From contig OZ316895.1 of NCBI GenBank assembly GCA_973895155.1, forward strand, positions 5,786,687 through 5,850,686: 64,000 nt of DNA, written 5' to 3'. The position numbers were made by a program, and so were the translations under genes. The first letter of the stretch is position 1; every line of letters starts with the position of its first letter. The notes beneath the pieces were generated by a model. It searched no databases. It had not been told where the DNA came from and saw nothing but the letters and a program-made list of their open reading frames with translations. This document shows, in pieces, positions 1 through 11,542 of this stretch. This DNA is from Marsupella aquatica (Eukaryota > Plantae > Marchantiophyta).

Positions 1-2280
1 TTCCTGTTGTGTTCCCGAGCGAAGTGAGAGCTCTCCCTAACAAATGTGTTGTTCGTCCGTCCGTCCGCAGGGACCTTGTCCTTGGGAAAGTCGCGCGGGG
101 CAGGGAGGAAATCGGGCAGGATTCTTAAGTTTTGTCAGTTGCTTGGTAGACTACGATAACCGGGAGTCCCGATTGCCGCAGAGACATTCAAGTGAACTGC
201 AGGAGACATCAGTGCAGAAATCTTAGTACTTCAAATTCAAAGATCACTGAATTGTCAAGGATCCGCTGAATGCTCGAAGAGCCCGTGCACAGAGAGTGTT
301 TCTGAAGCTCAGAATTCTGAGCTGAGTTCGACAAAATGCTTCAACCTAATGTAGCAGCCAACGAAACCGAGAGAGAGTGTGAGCACATCGAGCTGTTATT
401 TCTTCGCGAGCGCTGGAGAAAACGCTTCGACCTGGCTGCGAACGACTTCAACGAGCCAGAGTGCTAACTAGTGAAGCTCAGATTGCAGTGCGGAAATTCA
501 ACAAATGCTTCACCCTACAATCTTACTGCAAACGAGCGCTCCAAAAGGAATTGAGAGAATGAGAGAGCTCACAACGAGAGGTGACGCTCCCGCACCAACA
601 CTACAACGAGAGAAGCAGCAGGCTTAGTTCATTTGGCCAGGGTATGGGCCTGAAATTAAGAGGTCTTCCGTTTCGTTGAACTTGAACGGTCTGACGTTTC
701 TATGTGTTTCGTTTCTTTTTCCACGAGAGAAGTGGAAGAATAGGAGAGGAGGATGCCTTGGAGAACGCCTATATACCTTCCTCTCCTCTCCTCTCCTCTC
801 CTCGACGTCGGGTCGGGGCAGAGTCATGAACAGCAGAGGAACAATATGAAACCCTAAGGAACGTGCTGGTGGCGGGACCAGTCCGAGGGGAACTACAGGG
901 TCATGAGTACCTTAATGTCCTTCGTGATTTTGTTAGTATTTATAAAAATGCCACTGGTTGGTTTTTATATGGATGACAAGTTTACCAAAGTAACCGAGTA
1001 ACTATATAAAGAAATTGTGACATTTTTATAAATAAGAAAAAAGCAGTGACAATATTCTAAATTCAAACATTTTTTTTTTCCTTTTTTTCCAGAAAGAGTA
1101 AATTCAAACATCTTTAGTGGCAGTGTACTTAAAAGCTGTTTAATGTTTTTCCTTGACACCCATAGTAGACCCTGCACCACATCTTACTAATAAGGCCTAT
1201 GGTATAGAGCCAAGCCTCTAGAGCCAAGCCTCTAGACCATAACTCTAACAAATAAAGATAAAACAAAAAATTAAGGTGGACCAAAAACAGGAATATGGCC
1301 AAAATGAATGAAATAATATACAATACAATTTTTTGCAGGATTCTTTATTGTCTTCATCTATATTTTCTTTCAAGGACTTAGGGGAGACAATCTCTATTTC
1401 TTTCAAGGACTTAGGGGGAGATAATTTAATTAAAGGTGCGGGTGAAAAAGGGGGATGGGGGTGGAGTAGTGCTGGGAGAAGTGTGCCGCATTTGAAAATA
1501 GGGCTGCCTGTGAAGAAAGTCAGTGGAGTTGGGGCTACATGCAAAGAGAGTCGATAGATTAGGGAGGCTGCCTATGAAGAAGCCAACTGCTGTCATCAAG
1601 GGTCGAGGGCTATGGTGAAACAGCCAGCACTTCTTCAATTACTTGAAGAAGCTTTGGTTAGGTACTCTCATCGAGGGTCAACACTTTTTTATCCTCATTG
1701 CTATTCATGTTCAAAGAACAAGTAGTCAGGCTAGTATATGTAAATTGGTAGGGAATCGCCCACATATCTGTAAATTCCTATGGAACCAAAGTTACCGCAG
1801 AGTAAGGATGCCTGGAGGCCTCTACTATATCCATTATCTCATGCCCGGAAAGTCCTGTTACGTTACTTTTTCCTGAACCATGTTTACGTATCAAAAGGAT
1901 GGCTTGGGCTGGGGTTCTAGACTGGACCTTGTTCCCAAATTAATCCCTTCATGTAGATTTTCCTTGAATGAAGAGTGGAAATTTAGTGGAGTAACAAATA
2001 TTTTGAAATTTTGCACTAAGTACAGTAGTTACTTTGGACTCAATATTTTTCAGTTTTACTAGCACTATAGATAAAAGTGAAAATAATCCATTTTGAAAAT
2101 AGGGAAGAATTAGTGTTACTTTGGACTTGTAACCTTAGTGTTAGTAAAACTAATTTGGTAGCAATGGTAATTTGTTATATAACACTAATTACAGTGAATA
2201 GTGTACTTTGGAGCATGCACATCTCTAAGGTAGCACAAGAGAACAATACCTCGACCCATCTAACAAAGGATGGACTATTT

Positions 2281-2565
2281 ACTTTGGAGCATGTACCTTT
2301 GTCAGGTAGTCACAAGGGGACAATACCCCACGGATCTGACAGGGGCCATACCAAGATGGAGAGAGGGTTGAACTAGGGCCCAGATGGACTGAAGAGAAAC
2401 TATTACTCCCACTACTAGATCCATCCCACCCACACATACCTTCCACACACCCCTTGCTTGTGGAGGGGGGATTGAACCTGGGACCTTCCAAGCTAATCCC
2501 CTCCCGTTTATATCCCAACTTCTCTAGGTTCCAAGCTAATCCCCTGGCCATTTATATCCAAACTT
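2281..2565 (-). mobile_element. tRNA-derived SINE, copy 1 (internal duplication of the tRNA-like head)
   Basis: Minus strand reads ...TGGCCAGGGGATTAGCTTGGAA...GGTCCCAGGTTCAATCC (B box). The body (GGGGTGTG..GGTATGTGTG...GGTATTGTCCCCTTGTG..ATGCTCC) aligns by eye with 40461-40725. Confidence 0.7.
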
Positions 2566-3630
2566 CATACTCGAGGTTTTATAAACTCTGTAAAATATTT
2601 TGTAAGTGGGTCCAAAACCTTAATAATAGTTTATTTGGGGGCGAACCGGGATGGCATGACTGTACTCGCCAGAGGCGAGAATCTCGAGGACGAGGGTCTC
2701 TGGATGAGAACCACGTAAGGATTTGAAGCCTGATTCGAGCTTCCAGGTTTCATCGAGATTTTCTTCCTCTTTCCTCTCCGAGTTTGTTTCTGCCCTGGCC
2801 CCTCCATTTCGATTGCAATTGGGTCCTCTCCAATTGGGCTACTCTGCTACTCTTCGGATGACAGAACTGCTGTAGCGGATATGCGGTTGGGAATGGCGGT
2901 GGAGACTGGACTACTGGAGGATCAAGGCACGCCTTATTTTGTTCGTTTGTAATTATGATCCAGTTCTGAGGCGAAGGTGTATTAGAGCGAGCAGATCAAA
3001 TGTTGCTCTTGAGTACCGTTCTGAGGCTAAAGTTTGTGGGAAGCACGATTGAGGGTCGTGCTGAATGTGAGGCTAGATTGTAGGGTATTTTCTGGGGGGA
3101 GAGTAGAAGGTGGGAGAGCTTGGAAGTCCTCGGTGACGCAGATTCTATTGTTTTGTGTTCGTTTCATTTGATCTACTCTGCATTGCGAAGGGCTGGTGCC
3201 TGAAAATTACCAAGCCCAGTGCGGTACACGGCGGTAGTGTCATCGAAATTCTTACTGCAGTGACCAAGCGAGAGCGGAATTTGTTCAATGATTACTTTCT
3301 ACTTGTAGTAGCATCCAAGCTGGAGTCAACGAAGGGCATCTACTTTGAATGCCAATGACCGAGAGACACGTTCCTTTCTAGACTGAAAGCCAGAAGTCAT
3401 GTTGGGATTTTTTCTTCGACCACAGCGAGAGTATCGTGAGGAGTGTCCATGACGGTGTAGAGGCCAGAAGGGAGTTCATTTAGACCACAAATCAACTGAA
3501 TTGGAAAATGAATCCCAAATACTAATTACTGCATCGGAAGCTGGGGACAAAGGATGTGGGGTTGGAGCTAAACATAGATCTTGCTGTTAGACCACGCATT
3601 TGAACTGTTACGAATTCAAGAATTGTAGCA

Positions 3631-6600
3631 ATGCAGGCTCTTGTACTAAGCCAGGGAAGCTTGAACTGGAAAGCTATAGGTTGTCGACAGAATGTGAGAC
3701 CTGTTTCGTCTCCAAATCCTCGGTCTTTGAGACGCACATCACATTCTCGCTATTTGAGAGTTGTGCGGTCGGCACAACAGGAAGATTTCACAGAGACAGA
3801 GCAAAAGGTCAAGTCTATACCTTCAATTCTGAAGCTGCCGAACGAGTCGAGAGGTGGGACGGACGAGGGGGCTAGACCTATAGATGGCTCGGATGCTGTT
3901 GCTGCTAGTGGGTTGGGGGAGTTGGTACAAACTGGGACAGTCAAAGAGGTCTTCGTGGCCGCCACTAAGGTTGTTGCAGATGCCCCTGTACAGAGCGTGG
4001 GGCAGGTAGCTTTATATAGTGGAATGACAGCGTTCGCATTGCTGATCTCGGGTGCTATTATGAATTCGGTAGACCATTTTCCATTCATTCCTGAGTCACT
4101 TGAGGCTGTTGGCGTGGTCTACTCGGTTCTTATTGCGAGGTACCGTATGTTCTTGATATTTTTCAATGAAATGTCTCGCTGTCCTTTTATCGAATTCATT
4201 TTTGGGGGTTTGTTTAACAAATAAACAGTTCGAACTTTTTATGAAATGAAGTGAACAGGTAATCATAAAGAATAACAATGTCAATGTGAATCTTTCCCAG
4301 ACTTAAGCCTGCAGCAGTTGTCGTCCGAATTCTTGATCCACAAAATTTTGCTGACGTTTATAGTTTCTAGTGGCTGACTTTGGATTGATCATGAAATGCA
4401 GTCAGGTTCTAAGAAAAAAAGCTGTCAGCTTGCCCCCGCCATCCCCATTCAAGGCAGTTGTTGAGCTGGTAGATAGTGGACAGTCTCAAGCTGGGACCAC
4501 TGGTCTAAATTTACAAGAGGTGTGTACACATGCTTCCTGGTCAATTTTGTGCTTTTCGAAATTAATCTTCCCTGTGATGGTTCGGAAGAACCAGTTTCTA
4601 AGAGGATATCCAAGGAACTGAGTTATAATATGGTTCAGGAGGTGAGCAAGGGAGTGGCAGCGGTTCTGGAAAGAGTTGCGAAGGAGCGAGACGCTTCTTT
4701 CACTGAGGTAATGTGAGGAGTGTCAGCTTTTGAGGGGTCTCTTGAAACAATTGTGCCTCGAGATCTTCCCAAGATTGTAAGTGAAGAATTCTTTGAGAGA
4801 ATTGAACATATTTGGTTTACCTTTTTCAGGCAGAATTGAAGAAAGCAGCCGAAAAAGTTGCCAGTGTTCTGGCTGAAAAGGAGGCCTTGGAGGCCGTGGC
4901 GTTACAACTTGCAGATGAGCGTGATGGTGCTATGTCTGAGGTAGATCAGTCTGCGTAGAGTTTATTTTAGTCTGTTGACTGTTTTTCTTTGTGTTTCATT
5001 GAACCCTCCTCGCAGATGTGTTTGTCATCATGAATTACCCAAATCTAACGGTTGAGAAGTGTTTGACTTGACCAACAAGGGACTTGGTTAATTAATTGAC
5101 CATCAGGATCACTCCCGTGGGAGTAATGATATAATTTGCATCGCAGGTATCTGCGCTGAAAGATGCCATCGTTGCTATGACTAATCGAATCAAAGGAATA
5201 GAAGAAATGCTGGAACAGGAGGTGTCACAGCTGAAGCAACAAAATCAAGCGTTGGAGACAGTCTCTTTGCAATTGGCTGCCGAGAGGGATGCTGCCGTAC
5301 AGGAGGTGAGCCTTCTTTAATTTCAGCTTTCACCTACTTACGATGTCCATTGGACTCGCAGATGAATAGGACGCACAGGACATGAAGTGATATGTATAGT
5401 GGTATCTCGGCTGGCCTTTACGAAATTTTAATCGCAGTTCCTTTGCTACAAACACGATAGAGAAGTCTCAAGAAACCTTTGCAAGAGAAACGTTATGGAA
5501 AGTCGCACTGTTGTACAAGGGAGGCAACAAAGTGCCCACTGCTCTCAAATGCGTTACACATGTGAGAGAATACTACATTTTAGGACGATGGTACTTAAGC
5601 GATTATGCATCAATGCCTCTGCAATTAGCAGAGCCTATCCAGGTTAGGCAAAAATCAAGCCGGGAAAATATATGAGTGGTATATCTTTGCCAAATATTTC
5701 AGAAATCTAAAGATATAGTTTAGTATTGTTGTACATTAGCTCCTCTGTCTTTGTAATCGAGATATGGAACGTAGATCACTTGACAACAGAGTCTACACAA
5801 TAACTCAGAAAAACAGAGTGACCGACCTTGTTTGGACTAGTCTACATGAATGTCAGATTACGAGATATTTTTTAAAAGGTTTGCGGATATCAATAGGCAA
5901 ACCCATTCTGCATGAATGTTGCTTGATACGTGGAATTCAGAGAAAGAAGAGTAAATATATTTACGCAGTTTTTAGAGTGTATCGTGATGACATTTCAGAA
6001 ATTTGTTCTCAAAACTTTCAAGTCAAGGCGTCATTAGGTGAAGTATAGCATATATATTTTCACAATTCATATGCGAGTCCAATTCATGTTGTGGATGTCT
6101 ATAAATAGAAGGGATCGAGTAAGTTTTCTGTGATCACGACCTAATCCTGTGTGAAATGTAGTTTTCTAAATTATCATCACAGGGGTGGTGGAGCCCGGAT
6201 AGTGCTTGTAGATCTAGCGCTTCATTGGTTCCATCATTAGTGCCAGGTCAGAGCTTAGTTCAACATTCGCTATTCTGGAATTCTCAGATGGAGCAAATGC
6301 GAAGTCTCGTTCGCTCTGAGTCGAAGGAAGAGAAGGAAGCTCTTGAGGTTGTTGCAGTTGAACTTGCTCAAGAGCGTGACGATGCCCTTGCAGAGATGGA
6401 GGAACTCAAGAAGGTGTGATTTAAAGCACAGTGTTTGGCTCTCGTATTGTAAAGGCATAATTAGTCAGTACAAATTGTCAACTCTTGAAAGCTGGGTACA
6501 TCTTTAGACTCTTGGAGCGATGTGCTTATTCGTACACTATGTTTATGAAAGGTCGTCGCCATTCTCCGGGAGGCAACGTCAACTGCTTCTGGGTTGACAT

Positions 6601-7178
6601 CAGAGCAAGAAGTCTTCATCAAGACAAGGGTCCGTGACATTCGGTCACGGTTTATTGATCAGGAACGCACATATGATGACCAGGTTTCAACACACTCCCA
6701 TTCTAGTCTACCGATTGTTCACTGCTGTGTTATTTAGAGGCCCAGTTTCTCATTTAAGGGGAAAGATGAAGAAGGATCAGACGTTTTGGGAACAATCAGG
6801 GTTATCATTTTTCAAGGTTACAGTAGAAATGTGCTTTCGGTCACTGGCGTGTCGTTAGAGCTCTATCACGGCAGCTTTCGTACTTTCATTTCCGCACTTT
6901 GCACTGTAGGCTTCAAATTTGTCGTCCCAACTTATTTATCAGACATTCACGTGCCCTCATTGCAGCGTTTGAACTTCATTTTGTCACGTGTGCAGACAGA
7001 TCAAGTGGAGAAATTTATTGACCATTTGGTAGAAGATTATGGAGCCCCCCGCGTTTGGGTATCAGACTACATCAAGCAGTTCTTGAATTCGTCTGCAACA
7101 AAGCTCAGTCCTCCTACACTCGGTGGCGTGTTAAACCAAGTAGAGAACCTTAAAACGCAGACATCACGAAGTTCGTAA
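3631..7178 (+). CDS. CURT1-like (CAAD domain) chloroplast protein with long C-terminal coiled-coil repeats, ~468 aa, 8 exons
   Basis: Exons by GT-AG and frame continuity: 3631-4139, 4402-4519, 4639-4707, 4830-4940, 5147-5305, 6288-6413, 6552-6683, 6996-7178 (1407 nt, open). N-terminus is Ser/Arg-rich, like a transit peptide. The segment VALYSGMTAFALLISGAIMNSVDHFPFIPESLEAVGVVYS matches the CURT1/CAAD two-TM pattern (..AIDxxPLLPxxLELVGxGY). Confidence 0.75.
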
Positions 7179-8329
7179 CTAGGGCTATGAAATTGGATTG
7201 GACTGGACTTAAGAAATTTGACTCAGCACTTCTATATTGACCGACAGCATGTTCTTGGTCCAAGTTTTAGAACCCTTGCTATGCATGAATATCGGTCCTT
7301 AACAGTTCTACTCGTGTAGCATTGGTTGTGAATGGTGTACTGAGCAGTTTTATCCTATTTCTTATTGGTGATTACAAGTCTGATCGACCCACACTGTTAG
7401 GAATTTGCAAGGCCTGGTCTTAGTGTACTGCAATAGCAAATTACCGTGTAGATACTTTTGGACCAAACAGTTTCAAGCTACGGTTTCTGTCAGGAGATGT
7501 TGAAGGTATTGCTGTTTTCGCCTCCGGGTTTGTTCTGAGAAGGGCGTCATCTGCCCTGGAACCTTCCAATCCTTTTCAAATATGTAATCAACATGATCAA
7601 GACTACTATTGTATGTGTTGGTGTTCGAGTGAATTATCTCTCAGTTCGTAATCCTCACAGCTGCAATTTCAGATGCTATTTGAATTTCGAGGTGCGGTGA
7701 GTATAATAGGACCAACATTTTTCCTTAGTGGTCCAGACAATATTCTTTTCGAAGTTGGGAAAATCAACCAGACATCAGGAACAGCTTTATTCCTTGTCGA
7801 CTTTCTGTAATAGCTTAGGGTCCCACATCTATCTTGACGCTCGTCTGTACGTTGATGTATCCAATTGTCGTTCGCTGACAAGAGCGTTCCTCCTAAAGCC
7901 AGATCCGTCATGTACTCACCAAGGGTGGTGTCGTTTTCGGATTAGTATCAATCTTGCTGGGGAAGGATGATAGGCTCATATAGTAGTAAGTAACTGCTCC
8001 TCTCCATGGTGGACCTACGGGGTTCCGTTGGCTGACGATTGATTCAGTGCATCACTTCGTAACCTAAAACGTAATTTCGTCCGTGCTTAGGACTAGTTCA
8101 GAATCCTTTGCTTTCATCATAGGGAGCATTTTAAGTCCCACGCTCTTGCTGCGGATGTATACACCACAGGGTTTGGTGAGAAGACGGGAGGAACTATCCT
8201 GCCATTGAGAGCGAATTGACATGCACCTTAAAAAGTTTCAGAATGCAATTTGTACCTTCTATTTCGTTGGTTCCTTGCGATGTCAGTGTACGGATTTCCA
8301 TGCAACATAAAGTAACGATAACTTACTTT

Positions 8330-8890
8330 TCAGCGCTTGTTAGCTCCAAGACTATAGTATGTCACTCTCACTTGCCGTGTGAATCTCTCTTTTGAAAAAA
8401 TGTTATCCTTTCCATACGAAATTTGACTCCCGTACCCGGCAAACTTTGCTTGACTTGTGAACCAATCTATCTCCATCAACCTTAGATTTCCAGTATCATC
8501 GACTCGGGAAAGAGTCGTAAGGGTTTCGATGTCCATATTCTGTACAGCCTCTGCGTACCAAGAGCAGAGCCTGACGACCATGTTTTGCACAGGATCTACT
8601 GTACCCCCTTGAAGATTAAAAGTTACTGAGGATCCACCTGCACACATCCCCCTCCACTGTAGTTTTCAACCTGACAAACCACACACTTAATCTTATAACA
8701 GTACATGTCGTCCTCGTGGGTTTCTTACAGGATCGCCAATTTTGACAACTTTCGTACTTTGATGTCAAATTTTGTGATTTCAACATCCAATATAGCCTTC
8801 CAGTTGGTCACGGCAGAGGATTTGATAGGGATGCCCTTCGAGAAGGACACCACTTCAAATTGAACAGCCAAAGCCGGACGATAGTGGTAC
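8330..8890 (-). pseudogene. Possible degraded or orphan spliced gene
   Basis: A protein-like 105-aa ORF (8330-8647) lies next to an upstream open stretch of ~54 codons (~8729-8889, YHYRPALAVQFEVV...) with splice-like ends. The two do not join in frame at the best acceptor, and no family was recognised. Confidence 0.25.
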
Positions 8891-9546
8891 TACACCCTCG
8901 TTTTTTTCACGGGTTATGTCCGTAGAATCCGCTCATAGATTGCCACTCCACTTTCTCATGATTAAACTTGGCAGCAGCCCTTTCCGGCCGGTCAAATGCC
9001 CAGCAACGGACAAAATTGCCACTATCGTAAAGAGATGTGGTTCAGGAGCATATCCAGAGCTATGAAGACACGTACAGCACACATAAATCGGTGTGATCCC
9101 TTTCGTTCAACCCATCCTGTGGTTTGCAAATTGCTAGAAGTATTTCTGTTCCGGCGAAGGGCAGCTTGGCCAATCAAAGCAGGATAAGAAATTCAGTGAG
9201 ACGAGATGGACCAATTCCGATTCCATGGAGAGCTACCACATCTCCAGTACCGTGAGAGCCTTCCTATATTTCCCATGAGCCCATCAAGCAAGAGACAAAA
9301 AGGTGGGAATTACGAAGACGCTGTCGCACACAAGACACAATTCACACACGCTCACAGTCCAAATCGGCAAATCTAGATCCAAAGGGACTCAACCACCGAG
9401 CTGCTCCTGCAGGGGGAATGCCTACAGTAGTAATAGGGGGTGTCCAAAATGCCCCCACACCACACTAAGAGGAGCATCTCAGGAGGTAGGGTCAAAGGTG
9501 CCTTTATTAACCTCTAAAATGATGAGCATCTAGGGGCTCATTTGGA

Positions 9547-11542
9547 CACCGGGTTAAATCAACACTCCATTAAGGTTCCCAAGCCATCTTGGGGCCCGTA
9601 CCCTGCCCGTCACAAATCCCAAAGCTGTTGCCCACAAGCCTGCTTGACTATCAATCACCATTCTGGCAGACTCTAAATGTTTTAGCCCCCAATCCATCGA
9701 CAGACTGAAAAGTTTGGTTCTTTTCGAATTTGATGCCCTTTAGGGCATAGGACATGCCTAGCCTTGAACGCCCATGTGTCCCTATGTTTTCATCCCTTGT
9801 TTTAATTCTCAGTTTTTGTCATTGTGGTTTGTTGCTTGCATTTGTGTGACTTTTTTGGCAGCCCCGCATTTGCGCAACTGCAAGGGTTGTCGCGTTTGTG
9901 TGACTGTTCTGGCAGCCCTGCATTTGCGCAGCTATAAAGGTGGACATTTACCATGGGGCGAAGAGAGGAAGGAGGACTATGGCTTTGAGGACAACAAATC
10001 AAGGGAACAAACAACTTTGTCTCAAATTACCAATATGGTAAGTTCTATATTTTTTGTTTGTTCCAATTTTTGTTCTATCCTGTAAGAAAAACCAATTGAA
10101 GAAGCGGTAACTTAGCGACTTTCTTGAATGGCAGGAGGAGGATGGCACAACACCATGTGCATTACTATCCAAGTGCAAAGTGGTTTGGGAATGTATGGGG
10201 CAGCATTTGAGTAGGTTAGGCAGGGAATATAAGGAAGGTAGGACAACAAATCAATTCACTCCACCACTTCCTGCTCATGTCATAAACCTTGGAGGTGGTG
10301 CTAGGGATGTAGTCATAAACACCAACATTGACCTCAATGTATCCCTTGATGAGGAGGCTTCATGATAATAAAATTTGGTGCACAACACACACAACACTTT
10401 TTATTAAGAGCCCTTTAGAAGTAAATATAAGTTACCTAGCTATTGACTAACTCATCTCAAGCATACTTCACCTCCTATGTGCGCAAATAAGTGGACACTA
10501 GAATAGTGGCACAAATGCAAGTATATTTTTCATTGGTTGAATGTGAGGAGGACAATGACCGTCAAACTGTGCAAAGAATCCTAATATGCCAGAACAACCA
10601 CACAAATGCGAGAAATAGATCATAGCTCACAAACGCGGGGCTGCCAGAATAGTCAAAAAATGCAAAAACTCTTACAGCTTCACAATGCGGGGCTGCCAGA
10701 ACAGTCACACAAACGCGACAACCCTTACAGTTGCGTAAACACGGGGTTGCCAGAATAGTCACTTGAACGCGACAACCCTTACAACTATGCAAATGCGGGG
10801 CTGCCAAAATAGTCACACGAATGCAAGCAACAAACATACGTGCACAATTGCAACAACCCTTATAGATGGGTGATTGCAAGGCTATCAGAACAGTCACATA
10901 AACGCGACAACACTTATAGTTGCGCAAACGCGGGGCTGTCTCGGGGGGTTGACTATCAAAAATCTTAGGAACCACGTGCGATCCAAAATAGGTATTTTTG
11001 GTAGAAATTAAATAAAATTTTAAAAAGCGTAAGAGACAAAACAAGGTATTATAAACTCATGTTTATAGAATATTCTTTAATATATACCTTTTGTAAAATA
11101 AAATGGGCTATTAATATTGAAATAGAGAATATTCTTGGAGTATTTTCTTTATAAAATAGGTGTATTTATATTAGGCTAGGATCGCACGAGGTACCCCAAA
11201 ATATACACTTAGTTAACCCCCCGAGGGGGCTGTTAGAACAGTCACACGAATGCAAGCAACAAACCACAATGACATACTGAGAATTACAATTAGGGACTAA
11301 AATAGAGGGAGACATGGAGGTTCAAGGCTAGGCATGTTCCGTGTCCTAAAGGGCATCAAATTCAAAAAGAATGGAACTTTTTCGTCTGTCGACGGATCGA
11401 GGGCTAATACATTTAGAGTCCGCCAGAACGGTGATTGGCGAGCAAGCGGGCTTCCGGGCAACAACTTTGGGATTTGTGAAGGGCAGGGTACGGGCCCCAA
11501 GAAGGCTAGGGAGTCTTAATGAGGTGTTGATTTAACCCAGTG
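9547..11542. mobile_element. Non-autonomous long-TIR (foldback / CACTA-like) DNA element
   Basis: ~315-bp imperfect terminal inverted repeats (CACCGGGTTAAATCAACAC... at 9547; ...GTGTTGATTTAACCCAGTG at 11542). They continue inward as oppositely oriented ~45-bp subterminal tandem repeats (9845-9945 and 10630-10939). No clean TSD. Confidence 0.75.
10940..11225. mobile_element. MITE (286 bp) with 8-bp TSD, nested in the long-TIR element
   Basis: TIRs CTCGGGGGGTTGACTA / TAGTTAACCCCCCGAG, with further inverted match CGTGCGATCC / GGATCGCACG. AT-rich core. Perfect TSD GGGGCTGT at 10932-10939 and 11226-11233. Confidence 0.85.

Noticed and set aside
10562-11044. 160-aa Cys-rich repetitive ORF (and 9774-10085)
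   Set aside because: It is simply the translation of the 45-bp subterminal repeats of the long-TIR element.
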